From: Octopus sinensis
Lineage: Eukaryota
Assembly (NCBI RefSeq): GCF_006345805.1
Contig: NC_043017.1
Span: forward strand, 1,488,001-1,552,000
Length of the DNA stretch: 64,000 nucleotides
Reading direction: 5' to 3'
Both the position numbers and the translations under genes were made by a program. The stretch's first letter is position 1. Every line of letters starts with the position of its first letter. Of the stretch, positions 1 through 15,129 are shown one piece after another. The notes under the pieces were generated by a model. That model ran no database searches and was not told where the DNA came from. It worked only from the letters and a program-made list of their open reading frames with translations.

Positions 1-34
<34 letters not shown>

Positions 35-1090
35 GGCTAGTGCAAAAGACACTGCTTTATTTCTTGCCCTGTGTTATTTGAACCCCAAACCACTCAGTTG
101 CCAGCTTATAGCCATACCTGCCGCTATTCATTTAATCTATTTTATTGGTTCATTTTATTTTAAATGTTGTGGTCTTTTTGTTGTTGATATATTTTTATTC
201 GATGTTTGTTTTATATTTGTTAGCATTTTATTACCGTTTCCTACTGGCAGTAATTTAAAAGAACTTTTTATTTATCATTTTTTCGTTTTAGTTTTCTAGT
301 CATCTTTTTTTCAATGTATAATTGGTTGGCACTTTTTATATTCCTCATACTCTTGTTTCACTAAATTTTTTTAATATTTTCTCATGTTTATTTGTTTTAA
401 GCCACATACAGGTGAATTAGTGGTCTTTTCTGTATGGATAAACATCGACAAAGCGTGTGTATTATATATATTTTATGTCTATTTATTTCCCGCTATTTTG
501 ATTTTATTTATATTCTTATATATTTACTATATTTTTGGTTTGAGTAATTTGTTAAAAATTGAATTTCGTGAATAGATCTTTAATTATTATTTATCGACCT
601 GTTAATGCGGCCTCCCTTTTTTTTATATCTTTTTCTGATATTTATTTTATATTGTATATTTTTGCCCCATTTTTTTTTTTTTTTCAAATAACACCAACTC
701 ATTGTATGGCGATCAGAAAATACTGTTCGACTGAATCAAACAAAATAAAAGAAATAGATAAATAATACAACAGGTCCAAAAGCAATTAATTTTAACACAA
801 AACATGAGGTAAAAGAGATACGACCTAATGGTTTATCTCTTTGCCAAATCTCGCAGCCATGTTGCTATGAAATTAATTCACCGAGCTAAAGAAGCGATAA
901 GGAATAAAAGCTCGCTGAGTTGGTATTTATACACATGATGGGAGAGACGATGATGTGATTGCGTTTGTGGGCAATAGGTGAAAGTATTGGATAGATAGAT
1001 AGAATGAAATACAATTACAAAGATGAAAGTACAAAATATAAGTGTGTATATGTATGTATATATGTATCTGCCTGTATGTATGTATACACA

Positions 1091-1243
1091 GCCGGCTTTT
1101 TTCAGTTTCCGTCTACCAAATCCACTCATAAGGATTTGGCCGGCCCGAGGCTAGAGTAGAATACACTAACCCAAAGTGCCACGCAGTGGGAATGAAACCG
1201 GTAACATGTGGTTGGGAATAAAGCTTCTTACCACACAGTCACA
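1091..1243 (-). mobile_element. tRNA-derived SINE family A head (CORE-like centre)
   Basis: Matches the consensus GGCTGTGTGGTAAG...GGTTCAGTCCCACTGCGTGGCACCTTGGGCAAGTG...GGATTTGGTAGACGGAAACTGAAAG seen in other copies here. It has degenerate A/B boxes and a CORE-like CCTTGGGCAAGT. Confidence 0.85.
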
Positions 1244-1293
<50 letters not shown>

Positions 1294-1299
1294 ATATAA

Positions 1300-1345
<46 letters not shown>

Positions 1346-3169
1346 GCTGCAAATGAGTATAAGTCAGGTATATATATATATATATATATTTGTATGTCTC
1401 TATATTATATATCTGTGTGTGCGTGTGTGCGTGCGTATGTGTGTATGTGTGTGTGTATGTGTGTGTGTGTGTGTGTGTCACTCACCAGCAGGGCTAGGAA
1501 GTGGCTTGCAATCAAGGAACTTTGGATTAATTAAAATGTGCTTCTGACATATTACATAATTCTTGCTCGTTTATTTCTAACCACTACTCAGCGCATCTTA
1601 ATCAGTAATGTTACCGTTTGGAATCTGCAGAGAGAGAAAGAGAGATCTCTGTTCGGTATTTCCCATTAAGGAAATCTAAAGAGCCAGAAAAATGGACCTG
1701 AGATATGGTTCGCAATGTCTGAAATTATGCACTCAAAGCTGTCGTTAGAAGCATTTGACCTCGCAGCGTAGAGAACCAGAACGATTATTGCAAAGCAATC
1801 TATCCGATATTCGAAAGGACACCAACACTCTGTGTATATAATTATATATGTGTGTATATGTGTTTGTGAGTGCGCGTGTATATTTATTTTAAAATGTGTG
1901 TAAACAGTGTGAATATTGTAATAAACCTTCAAGTGCGACTCCGTGAGAACCTATTGGTGACATTTTCATTAAAACTTCTCTAAGTATCTAGCTGTTTATT
2001 GTTCTGTCAAATTAATAGCGTTTTCATTTAATAAACTACAACAGCAACAACATCAATGGCAATTAACATGATTTTCATCGCTATCATTAGTATCGTCATC
2101 ATCATCATGAACAACAACTACAGTAAAAACAACAACGAAAACAACAACACCACCAACAACAACAGCAATGACAATAAGTGGTAGACTTACAGTCACCTAA
2201 GACCCGAGAATTAGATTCAGCGGATAACAACCTTCACCTGTGCACACAAACATACACAACCACACGCATGCGTATATTGTTACTGAGACATATTCTACAT
2301 TATATACACGTAACCATACTTATATCTACACGCGTATATAAATATATACATATATATACACATATATATATATATATATATTACATATATATGTGTGAGT
2401 GTTTGTGTGTATGTGCGTGTATGCATGTGTACATGTGTACGATTACATATATTACTAATACCTATACATAAACACACAGATACGTACATACATACACACA
2501 TAATCTCACATACACAAAAACAGTCTCATTCACACACACACGCACACATTAATACTCATATCCACTTTCAAGTTTACATAGAGATATAATCACACGTACT
2601 TGCACACACACAAGAGCGAACGCACCCAAAAAAACAAGCACGCACCGATAGAAATATATATACTGAGATTTAGACAAGCATTTACATAGAAACATTTGCA
2701 ATATACAGTGGCACACATGCAGAAAAAGAGACACCCACATTTAAACGTGTAGTTACTGTGTCACAATAAACACATGCACGCCATTGCAAACGTACAGATA
2801 GATAGACCGAAGCAGACACAAAGCTGCATTTCTACACACAGATACAGATACACATATACGAAAGCACACACATACACTCACACAATCATATTCTGTCAAA
2901 ATATAAGATGTGTACGCCGTTACAGGAACGTCTTTACAAATAAATACAATTACACAAACACGAAATTGCACAGCAACGCTCTCACAAACATACACATACA
3001 CACACATACACACACTCACACGCACACACATACGAACTTACTAACGCACAATGTTCCCTAACGCACAATATTTACTAACGCACCTATGAGTTCATGTGGA
3101 GACTATCATGTAGTAATTAAATATTCTTTCTGATTGAATGTGGGTCTCAAACTTTCGACAAGTGATCAA

Positions 3170-3362
3170 AATATTATTGGCACAAGGCCAGCAATTTCGG
3201 GGGAGGGGCCTAATTGATTACAGTGACCCCCAGTGCTTGACTGCTACTTATTTTATCGACGCCGAAAGTCGACCTCGATGGAATTTGAGCTCACAATGCA
3301 AAGACGAAGTGCCACTTAGCATTTCGCCCGGTGTGCTACTGATTCTGCCAGCTCGCCACCTT
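3170..3362 (-). mobile_element. tRNA-derived SINE family B
   Basis: Consensus GGCGAGCTGGCAGAATC...GAGTTCAAATTCCGCCGAGGTCGACTTTGCCTTTCATCCTTTCGGGGTCGATAAA.TAAGTACCAG, with A-box TGGCAGAATC and B-box GTTCAAATTCC. Confidence 0.8.
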
Positions 3363-3629
3363 AGTGATGAAAATGATATTGTTTGCTTTCTTTTTCAGCT
3401 CTATGACCCATATAAGCGTTTACCCGTTTTCTATGGCGTATAAACCACCGAGATCACAACATTGCGACTGAACGGAACGCCGATCCGTGTAGGGATTGAA
3501 GGCTGAAAACTTTATGTGGAGGAGAAAGCAAGTCGATTATGTCGAACCTACTACTTGAATAGTATTTTATTAATCGACCATAAATGAATGGAAATCAAAG
3601 CTGGCCTCGGCAGTACTTGAACTCAAAAA

Positions 3630-3667
<38 letters not shown>

Positions 3668-5238
3668 TATATATAATATATATATATGTATGTATAGAAA
3701 TTAATATAAATTACAAAATGGAACAAGAACGCAAAAACACACAAAGAGACGACACAAAAAAATAGACGGGTCATTCGAAGCCTCTAATCTTCAGTCGGGA
3801 AGCGGATCATCTTAGCAATTTCGGCTGATTAATCCTGATATCGCTCCGATACGGCCAGCCCCAAAGAAAAACTAAGCTACGGGCATTAGATTTCTTGGAA
3901 AGAGGATCGATGGTATACGAAACAAGGACAGGATGCCACACGAATAGAAATACAAGAAACAAAAAATAGAAATAAAAAACAAGAATTGTAATAACAGGAC
4001 AAAACAGCGGATGTCTTACGACTTCAGACAATTTTTAACTTATCTTGGCGGGCGTATTTGAAAAAATGCCTTTGCGGCAAACGAAGACAACAGTGTTAAC
4101 ATGGCAGCGGTCAAGCCGGAAAGACCAGTTTGGAGGCAGTCACGTGAGAGGACGGAAAAGAGAGAAAGAGGCATACAAAAGAGGAAGTGACACAGAGGTA
4201 GACCAAGAGTGAGATGTTTGGATATAACGAATAGGGTAACCTTAGTGTGTCACACTTGGGAATCCAGCAAACCCTTCAATAACTGTTATTTCTGGGATGG
4301 AAGATATGTTGTTTCTGATAAGGTACCCACTCCCTCGAACTTACCAGGATATAACTGGCGGAGAAGATGGATGAATATAAAGACGGAGAGAGCAATAGTG
4401 GATGGATTGATAGGTGGATACCTGGATACATGGATGGGTGGACATCTGGTTGCACGGATTGTTGGACGGTTAGATTAAAAAGTTTCTTCCTATATTATGC
4501 TTCTAGATTCTAAACATCTTTCTCCAAAATACAAACATTCGACGTGATGATCAAAATATTAGTCATATTAAGTTTACTTAATTTACCCAAATCACCTAAT
4601 TAATAAATAAAAGAAAATACAATTACGGGTGAGTTATCATTTTCAATCTGAAGAGGTAAAAGGGAAAAGAAAAAAGAAAAAGACACCAAAAAATCAAACT
4701 GTTTCCAAAGACAATGCGTTGGCGGCTATAGGATTAAGGATTACGGAGCGGGACAGCTTAAAGTGAAATTATCAATCCAGATGTCACAAGGAATCGTTGC
4801 CAGTATCGATAATCTGTTTAAATCCGCTAATCGCATCGCTGAGACACGTCTGTCATAAATCGTTTCGCGCATGGGGAGAGCATAAACGTTTGGGAGGATA
4901 AACTCGAATTCCATTTTCTCATTGTAAACGAAAGAGGGAAATGATTACATTCTAGATTAAAATAGACCCAAAGAGCCGCCATCCCGCTTTAATCTAGGTT
5001 GCCATAATTTCTATACTGTTGACAAGAAATGTAGGAATATAGGAGATTTTTTCTATCCGAAATTTATTGTTTTTCTCGATAAGATTGTGGGTGTATTTAC
5101 TTCATAAACAATCGGTTGTATTCAAATTGTGTACTGAGTCACGTGAGGTGAATGAGAAAGCATAAATCTTTGGTACATATGTATCAATGTTTGTAACTAC
5201 ACATACACACACACACAATACACACACATATATATATG

Positions 5239-5282
<44 letters not shown>

Positions 5283-5390
5283 ATATATACACTATATATA
5301 TACATATATAAATACACACAAACACATATTACCATACATACTGACAAACACACACACGCACACCACACACATACACACACACACACACAT

Positions 5391-5437
<47 letters not shown>

Positions 5438-5563
5438 ATATATGTCTGTATGAGTGTGTGAGCGTGTATATAAACAACTTTTCATCCGATTTTTCAACTG
5501 ACAGGTGGCTGCTCAAATTAAAATTTGAAATTACAGTCAGGAAGGTAATCAACCTATCTATCT

Positions 5564-5635
<72 letters not shown>

Positions 5636-6625
5636 ACTATCTATCTATCTACCTGTCCTATTATCTGTCTAACTATTTATCCATCCACTTATCTATCTCT
5701 TTATACATTTATCTATCCAACCATCTATGTATGTAAATCTTTATATATTTGCCTGTATCACTGTCTGCCTTTCTGCCTGCCTGCCTGCGACTCCGTCCTT
5801 CTATCTGTGTGTATACATATAAAGATAAGCATAATTTATGTTTACATACAAACATACAGCCATATGTCACACACATTATCGAAAAGCAATTAACTGAACT
5901 GCCTTTCCGAGCGTAAAAATACCCGCACTTCTATTTCGTATTAAAATTTTAAAAAATAAATTCAGTAAAGAGCAAACAAAACAACGTCAACAGAAAACAT
6001 AAATGATACACATGAATCAAAGATGGCGGTGATAGTGCTTGTAGTGGCCGTGCGATAATGGGGTTGTTAAGCTGTTTGAAGGATTTATATTAACAGTTCA
6101 TTGCTAGCGAGTGCTGGTAATATATTTGTATCTGATAGGTTGTGAAGAGATAATTAGAAAATGGAAAAAAAGATGACTAGAGCAGATAATGTGTAAATAA
6201 CGAAACATTGTAAATTTAGTTTGGTCTCGCTTTCACTGCTCGTACACACACAAACACACACACACACACACATATACTTTTGCTTCAGTAATAGGTTTTA
6301 GAGGGCATATATGTATATATATATATGTATACGTATGTGTGTGTATTTATATATATATATATATACATATATGCATAGATATATATATGTATATGTATTT
6401 ATGTATGTTTTTATGTGCGTTTGTACACAAGTGATAAACAAACATGCGTAGGTAAAAAGGACATCGCTACAAAAATACCCATACAGAAAACCACAGAAAT
6501 ACACCCGGCCATATACACACGGAAAAACACTGACACACAAGCACTCACACAGACTGACAGATAGAGATGGAAAAATTCACTGATGCTGATGTATAAAAAT
6601 GTGTGCGTATTTGTGTGTGCGTGTG

Positions 6626-6670
<45 letters not shown>

Positions 6671-7135
6671 TGCCATATTTACATATATAAATGTATGCAC
6701 ACACATTATTGTATGAATATATATATATATATTATATATAGAAAAAACACACTTGTGTGTGTATATAAGTATATACTTAGCCGTTATATAAGTATTCCAG
6801 TAAACTGCTATGATTTGGTGAATTCCTCGTGTTTACAAACATGTTTGTCCAAGGTTTACACTGAATATACTGAAAGTATGTGTTCTTTGTGTTTGAAAAT
6901 AAGCATATTGTATAGATACATCCACACATTTACATTCATTGATATATATACTTACATATATATGGATATATGTTTGTGTGTGTGTATATATATATATATA
7001 TAGTAATATATACACATTAACCCGGAGTTTCCACCTTTGAATAGGTTGCTGAATCCTTGTTACTTGCGTGAATTTTGCTACCCTATTTATTGAATTTTCC
7101 GTGTTAACTGTAATCAAAGGATATTTCATTCATCC

Positions 7136-7271
<136 letters not shown>

Positions 7272-7299
7272 AATATATCATACATATATAAACATACGC

Positions 7300-7423
7300 G
7301 TAGGAGTTGGGGTGTGGTAAGTAGCTTGCTTACGAACCATGTGCTTCTGTCTTCTACTAGTCTCGGGCTGGCCAAAGCCTTGTGAGTGTATTTGATAGAC
7401 GGAAACTGAAAGAAACTTGTCGT
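7300..7423 (+). mobile_element. SINE family A head, internally deleted
   Basis: GTGTGGTAAGTAGCTTGCTTAC...AAAGCCTTGTGAGTG...GACGGAAACTGAAAGAA. Confidence 0.8.
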
Positions 7424-7654
7424 ATATATATATATATATATATATACGTGAGAATTACCACTGTGTGGAAACCATTACGCTAGAAGAAGATGCGCTATGG
7501 TCTTACCCCTAAGAATTTAGCAAACACCAGAAACGTAAGCGAGCAAGACAAATGAAAGTAACAAAAGTATAGTTTAATCATAACCAAATGTTTTTCTATC
7601 AACAAATTACGTAATTTTACTTACGCAATTTATCTGTAGATCTTCAGTATGCTT

Positions 7655-7926
7655 GTCCATACAAATATAATTTGCAGAACTACATACGGAACATCAACAC
7701 GAGGTCAAATACGTATGTAGTTCTACCTATAACACTTGTGGTTATTTTTCAAAAGTCTTCGTTTTGGCGCGCTAAATTACCGGAAATTACACTGCGTAAA
7801 ATAATTTACTGCAGTAGCCTTTGCCTGTTTGAAAAATAACTACAATTGTAATAGGTAGAACTGCATACATATTCCATCTCGTGTCGATGTCTTGCGTGCA
7901 GTTCTGCAAATTATGTTTGTATGGAC
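7655..7926. mobile_element. MITE-like foldback with 99-bp imperfect inverted arms
   Basis: 7655-7753 aligns ungapped to the reverse complement of 7828-7926 with 16 mismatches (84% identity), 13 of them transitions. Confidence 0.7.
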
Positions 7927-7940
7927 GATCATACATACAT

Positions 7941-8032
<92 letters not shown>

Positions 8033-8399
8033 TGTATGTATGTATGCATATGAAGAAACCGTCTCATCGTTATGGGTGATGAATACGTCTCCAAACAAAA
8101 GAGTTACGGTTGTTTTATATTGAGAAAGAGAAAATATATTGAACCGAAGAAAATCGAACAGTCTTTAAATCAAATCAGAAGCACCTTAAATTATGATACA
8201 AAATTCTTGAATCACTTACAAACACAGACATTAATAATTTGGATCGGTGTTAAAGGTTTTGAGCTTGTCAGAGTTAAGCAACGTGAAACGAAATGAACAG
8301 TTTGTAAAAATGTTATTAATATCAATAGCGTCGAGAGTGTTTCTATCTCTCTCTCTCTCCTTTCAATTTTCCTTACGCACAAATGAATGCAAATTGAAA

Positions 8400-8710
8400 G
8401 CTGGCATTTGATGAGACCTGTGAGCCGATGCGGTTAAGGGATACTTGAACTTTGGAATCTCATTCTGGATGACCAATTTCAATGCCATGCCTGTCAACCA
8501 TCTTCAAGCTATGTGGAGGATTGAAGTGGCGCTCGACCATTCATAATGAACAAGCGAAAAATGGAGACGACGCTGAAATTAGACGTTGCAGCAGTGGTTG
8601 TGATCAGCTCTTCGAATGCCTTTCAGGGCTCAGAAGTCATTTCAGATCTCACGCAAGAAAAGAGCAATTGTTCGTACAAGAAGTTGACAAGTTCTGCAAG
8701 GAAAAGGCAG
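8400..8710 (+). mobile_element. RTE-clade LINE 3' fragment
   Basis: WRSTIH...CSSGCDQLFECLSGLRSHFRSH resembles the C-terminal C2H2-like motif of RTE/BovB-type ORFs. The upstream part is frameshifted. Confidence 0.7.
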
Positions 8711-9129
8711 CTATGTATGAATACACACGCGCACGCACGAGCGCAGGCACACACAGAGACACACACACGCACAGAGACACACTCATATGAACAAGTATTC
8801 TTAATGGAAGATACAGATTCTATTCCACAAAATATATATTAATCTACACACCGTATACGATACAGTGTATCTCTATGACATAGTCTTTGCATCTCTCAGC
8901 ACATTCACACATCTAAATAATTTATGCACATATTCCTGTTGTTCTAAATAAAGCAGGACGATGTATGCCGTGTGTATGTCATAGAATGATCCCAAATGAA
9001 ACGCAAATGAGATCAGAAAATTAACATAAAATATATGTCCCTCTTTGCAACACCTTGGTCGATTTTGTTTCGCTACTTCACACTCATAGACACACACACA
9101 CACACGCGCGCGCGCGCCTAAGCATATTA

Positions 9130-9255
9130 GCTGCAGGAATGCTTCCCAACCACATCGTCCCATGTTTAGCCCCTCTACATAGTACCTTGGGCAAGTGTTT
9201 TCTGCTATAGCCCTAGACCAACTACAGATTGAATTTGGTAGACGGAAACTGCAGC
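9130..9255 (+). mobile_element. SINE family A, degenerate
   Basis: ACCTTGGGCAAGTG...CTATAGCCC...GATTTGGTAGACGGAAACTG-like. Confidence 0.65.
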
Positions 9256-9753
9256 GCTGTTAATCATAAAATGACCGAAAAACAATTTCATACAGAAGAG
9301 TTTCTTGCTTCATACTCCGCGTGTTACGATTCTGTCCACAAGAAAGGAATAAATAATTCAATGGGTCTGCATGTCATAACACCCGGGCAACACCGGGCTG
9401 CATTGTTTGTATAAATGTGTGTGTGTGTGCGTGTGCGTATGAGTGTGTTTGTGTATGAGAGTGTTTGTGTATAAGAGTTTTGATTTGAGTGTATGTGAAT
9501 GTGTGTGGTTGTGTGTGTTTTTGTGAAAGTATAAGTGAGACAACGGCGCTAATGACCTACCATTGTTGATCACCTATTGACAAATATTCCTTCTCAAACA
9601 AAGTGGGGCGACTGCCTGTTGGTCACCAGGCTTTCTTGTGATAAATAACATATCGATTTATTGATTTCCATGCATATATATTATTTATTTATTTATTATA
9701 TCTATAACTATCAATATATTTATCTATCTAATTACACAGCATACATACATACC

Positions 9754-9811
<58 letters not shown>

Positions 9812-10469
9812 ACACATATATATATAAACATGCATATAAACATATATATATATGCATATATATATATGTAAAGATATGTCTCCCACTATGTATCTCTATT
9901 TAGTTATGTATTTCTATGTCTAGCTAAGTTACTAAACTCTATCTATCTATCAGTTTATGTATTTTTTTGCTTATCTGTATATCTGTATATATATATCATG
10001 TGCATATATAAAACACACACATACACACACACACACACATATATATATACATATATATAAATACATACGTATATGTGTATATATATATATATATATATGT
10101 GTATATATATATATATATATATCGATTAATATAGGATTACACAATTGTATAGTAGCATCAATATGTACACACACACCGATGCATAACCACACAATAATGT
10201 CAATTAAAGGATAATAAATTGCGCCATGGCTTGATTGTAAATAAAGTAAACAATACACATATAGGCACACACACACGCACACACACAGACACTTACGCAC
10301 AGACACACATTCGCACTCAGTGATGAACAGAAGATATATATGCACGAAGGCGCAAAGATATACATGCGTATAGCGGTATATGCTGACGCAAAAACACGCG
10401 AGTACACACATGGCGAGAGATACACACAGGAGGACGTACAGTAAAGAGAGGCAATTATTACACTGTTAT

Positions 10470-10935
10470 TATTGATTGATTCATTGACTGATTGATTGAT
10501 TGTATCGCTGATTGATCGGTTGATATATTGTGTGAATAATTAAACATTAGAGAGTTCTAACAAAGAAGAGATAATTGTCATACAGTGACGCGATAACACT
10601 AAAATTTATATTGCTGCATTAAAATAATTCCAATAAAGACACGAGAGAAGAGCATGAATTTATTGTTGACAGGCAGCATGAAAGTACACAGCGAAAGTTA
10701 GTGTATGGCTAATGAGATGGAATGGAGAGACACAGTGTTCTCGAAATGCACGAATTTGTAGCAAGAACTGCAACCAACCAACCATTAAAATCGCTATTGT
10801 GTTTTCACTACCTCTACGTGATAAATGTTGAACAAACGTCTATTATCGTTCTCGTTACGCACAAGCAATTCATACATCGCGTATTTCTGCATATCTGTGG
10901 CAATACTTTGATAGCATTTCTTTTATTCTCTGGAC

Positions 10936-10936
<1 letters not shown>
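10470..10936 (+). repeat. Dispersed repeat of about 450 bp, copy 1 (unclassified)
   Basis: Aligns by eye at roughly 75% identity to the reverse complement of 16316-16765, including the leading (GATT)n-like tract. Confidence 0.8.
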
Positions 10937-10992
<56 letters not shown>

Positions 10993-11170
10993 GTGTGTGT
11001 GTGTATGCATGTATGTATGTATATATGTATATATATATATATATACATATGTGTGTTCGTATAAATACATACACACACATATGGTGTGTTTATATATGTA
11101 TATATATATATATATTCAAATATATTCATGAGTATGTACATGCGTGATACGTATATGTATTCGACATATA

Positions 11171-11229
<59 letters not shown>

Positions 11230-12163
11230 ATATATACTTATATATATATATTTATATTTATATATGTATATATATGTGTGTGTGTATGAATAGGTTCATA
11301 TATATAGATATATTGATACATACACATGCGTGTTCGTGTGTGTATATGTGTGCTCCTGTGAGTGTATAAATTATAGTTGTATATCTCTAAACGCCTGATG
11401 AATAATCACGAACACCTGTATAAGTATATAGTACCTGACGCTGATACGTACAGTAATGTATTCTAGTACATAAAGGAATAAGATTTAAGTGAATGTGCAT
11501 ACAACGATCGAAGGTGCGGTCATACTGTTTGGGAGCTCTTAGAAGCAAATACTTTCATACACACCCGCGCACACACATACTGAAATACGAACGTACGTAT
11601 ATCTAAATATATATGTGTATATATGCGCATAAGTGATCGTGGGGGCGTGTGTACTTGTGTGTATGTACAGAAATTTATACGTAAGCATTCACAGACAGGC
11701 ACTCACATTTATTGATATATACATAAATATGCTATATATTATCTATACGAATATTAAACCTGATTCGCAAATGCACGAATATCACAGTCATATACAAAGA
11801 CCGTTTTTCTAACCCCACAATTTTCGTATACAATACAGCATAGAATCTAGCGATTTAAATAAAACATATAATATGAAACGCCTTCTCTGGCTGAAGATAT
11901 TTCTATAGCCCCATAAACCATAGAATTGGTCATACAGATTCGATGCAATTTCCATTCGACATTCAGGCACTACTTTTTTTTTTGCAACCATAGAATAGAA
12001 TTTCGTAATTGCGGCACCACATAAAGAGAATATATATATATTATATATATATATATATATATACCAATTAAGGACTGAACACGAAAAGTGGACAGTCAAC
12101 ATGCTAGATATAGACGTCAAATCGCCATTCACCACAAAAGATTATGTTCTCAGATCAAACTCA

Positions 12164-12205
<42 letters not shown>

Positions 12206-12822
12206 GCATGCATACATACATACATCTCTATATTTGTATAGATCTATATATTTCTATATCTATCTCTATCTATATAAGCATATCTGTATTTATATCTAAC
12301 ACACACCATATATATATATTATATATGTATACATATGTATAATATGTATATATACATACATATATATATATATATTGTATATTATATGTATATATGTATA
12401 TATATATATTAATATATATATATATTATATATATATATATATATATATGTAGGTATATATATATATAGGTATATATATATAATTTCCCATTACTATTACA
12501 TGGTTTACTAATCAGAACATATCACCAGTTTTTAGAATTTATGTCTTCATCTATATCATAAAACACCTGAGAAACCAGATACCTTAATACACCAGGTTTT
12601 CCTGTTTTGCCCATCTGTATAACGAGAATACACGGTATAAATGTTGAACAAGGAAGCAGCCTCGAAATGTGCAACATAAAAGTGTATGCTACCTTGAGTG
12701 GATATGCATATATACATATATATATATATATATATACATATATGTACACATACATATATATGTATATATGTATTTATATGTACACACACATATATATATA
12801 TATATATTTATATACATACTGA

Positions 12823-12877
<55 letters not shown>

Positions 12878-12991
12878 ATATATACATACATGTACATATA
12901 CATTTACGTCAACATGTATATGTAAACAGATATATATATATATACATATATACATGTATATATATATATGTATATGTTTATATATATACAC

Positions 12992-13040
<49 letters not shown>

Positions 13041-14149
13041 TATGTAATATATATACATATGGTCATGTATGTATTTAGATATTTAGATTGATATGTATAT
13101 ACAGGGAAATACAAGCATAAATGCATATGTATGTGTATATATGTACGTATACACATAGTTGTATATATAAAAAAAATTCTAAAATAGAGAGCCAAATGTT
13201 ATTTTCCTCTATAAATTGATAATAAAGCAAATTATCACTCCAGGACATGACATTTCGTCAAAAATGCCTCAGTCAAAACCTAGGTTTACTATATATTACA
13301 AAAGCTGATTCGCTGTCAGTTCCACCTGAACCATGGGACTTCCATTCTATTGATAATCCATGAAAAAATCCTTTTTGTGATAACGCGAATTCCTATTATC
13401 ATACCTCACGTGAGCAAGCGGAAAACCAACATATCCTTGTGGTATTTCGACCGTTCATTTGTCACAGAACATTATCACAATGAAATTTTATCTGCCTCGC
13501 TTCGTGTCGCCTACAGCAGTAATTCCTTGATTTCTTCCATTTTTATCCCATTATCACCTGCGTGATACTTGAAGTTAGATTCACTTAAGATACCATATCT
13601 TGTATTTCAGAGGAACAGAAATGAATAATTTATTATAAACTAATTCATCTATGCACAATACACATGCACACACACTCGCGCGTGCACCTACAGATATATA
13701 TACATGTGCTTCTATATATGCACATATATATATATGTCGTTTGTATAGCCTTATAAATGAATAGCATACATACACACAGATATACATACATATATATTTT
13801 ATGATTCAATATTCAATGTTTATTTATATAACATACGTTATATGAAAATGTATGTATGTATATGTACATACATATGATTTCCTATGATATAATTAAACAT
13901 GTAAATATAGAATTAGATATATATACATAAAACTATATATATTAAGTAAAGGACAACACTAACGATTGAAAATACGTAAACACACGAGAGACAATTACAG
14001 GACAAAATACAAAAAAACATACACCATAAAATGTTTCAGGACAATTAACCCACCCCCCATGGGACAATTCCCCCGACGACAACAAACCCTAGGACAATTA
14101 ACCCACACACCTTGGTTAATTACCATCTCCCCAATATATTTCTCGACAT

Positions 14150-14275
14150 CGAAAGAATGAATGGCAAAAGTAGACCTCGGCGGAATTTGAACTCAGAACG
14201 TAACAGTAGATGAAATGCTCCTAAGCATTTTGCCCTGGGTGCTAACGATTCTGCTACCACGCCGCCTTGTATGTA
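14150..14275 (-). mobile_element. SINE family B, partial
   Basis: GGCAAAAGTAGACCTCGGCGGAATTTGAACTCAGAACGTAA. Confidence 0.75.
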
Positions 14276-15045
14276 GGTGTATATAATATACGTATACATG
14301 ATGTAAGAGTATAGTATGTAACCAAACAATTTGTATATTCAATATTTCACATTATAAATAAAATGTGAAAAAATTTCATAGTTTATTTTTCAGAGTTTCA
14401 AGTTACCGATCCTCAGACAGCCGTGATTACCTATAAATATCTTATTTAACATATATTTTTGATTCCTCTATCTTTGATTCGACAATTATTTTGTTTGTCC
14501 TATTTACATTCATGTGTTCGCACAAGAAACGCTGAAACAAAACCGTCCACACTAACGTGCACCACTACCCACAAAGACGCCGAGTGGACAAGGACGCATT
14601 GGCGCATACACACGCATATATGTACTCACCTACACATGCACACACACTCCTATGCTCACACAGTGGCGCGAACATAGTGGTTTCATACACGCACTCGCGC
14701 CTCCGCCCTAGTACACATCAACAAACTCACACATTTGCTTCATACACCAGTGCTTGCGTGCATGCACACACAAATACATAAACACACACATACACATATA
14801 CACAAATGCTAGGTCACCCTAGACTTAAGCCAACTTCTTTCACATTGATATTTAAGCATGTTTTGAGTATTTAGCTTAGGTAAATTTTTTCCCCGCCATC
14901 TTTTTCTCGCCCTACCTATTTTTCTCCGTAGGAGAGCGTATGCTCGAAACGTTACAAATTACATCCATTTCTCCTGTTTATCAATCTGATATATTCTGTT
15001 TCTTGTTCTTTCATATCGTCCTTGCGTTTTCTTTATTTTGGACCA

Positions 15046-15129
<84 letters not shown>

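Noticed and set aside
3750-3800. CTGAAGA...GAAT...GTC on the minus strand as a hammerhead
   Set aside because: It has GAAT rather than GAAA, no convincing stem II, and no stem I pairing (TCCCGA versus TATTTT).
7575-7650. CTGAAGA plus a 14-bp hairpin plus GAAA on the minus strand
   Set aside because: The A15.1-U16.1 pair and stem I register cannot be formed.
14380-14425. CTGAGGA...GAAAC on the minus strand
   Set aside because: There is no UH cleavage site and no stem I complement.
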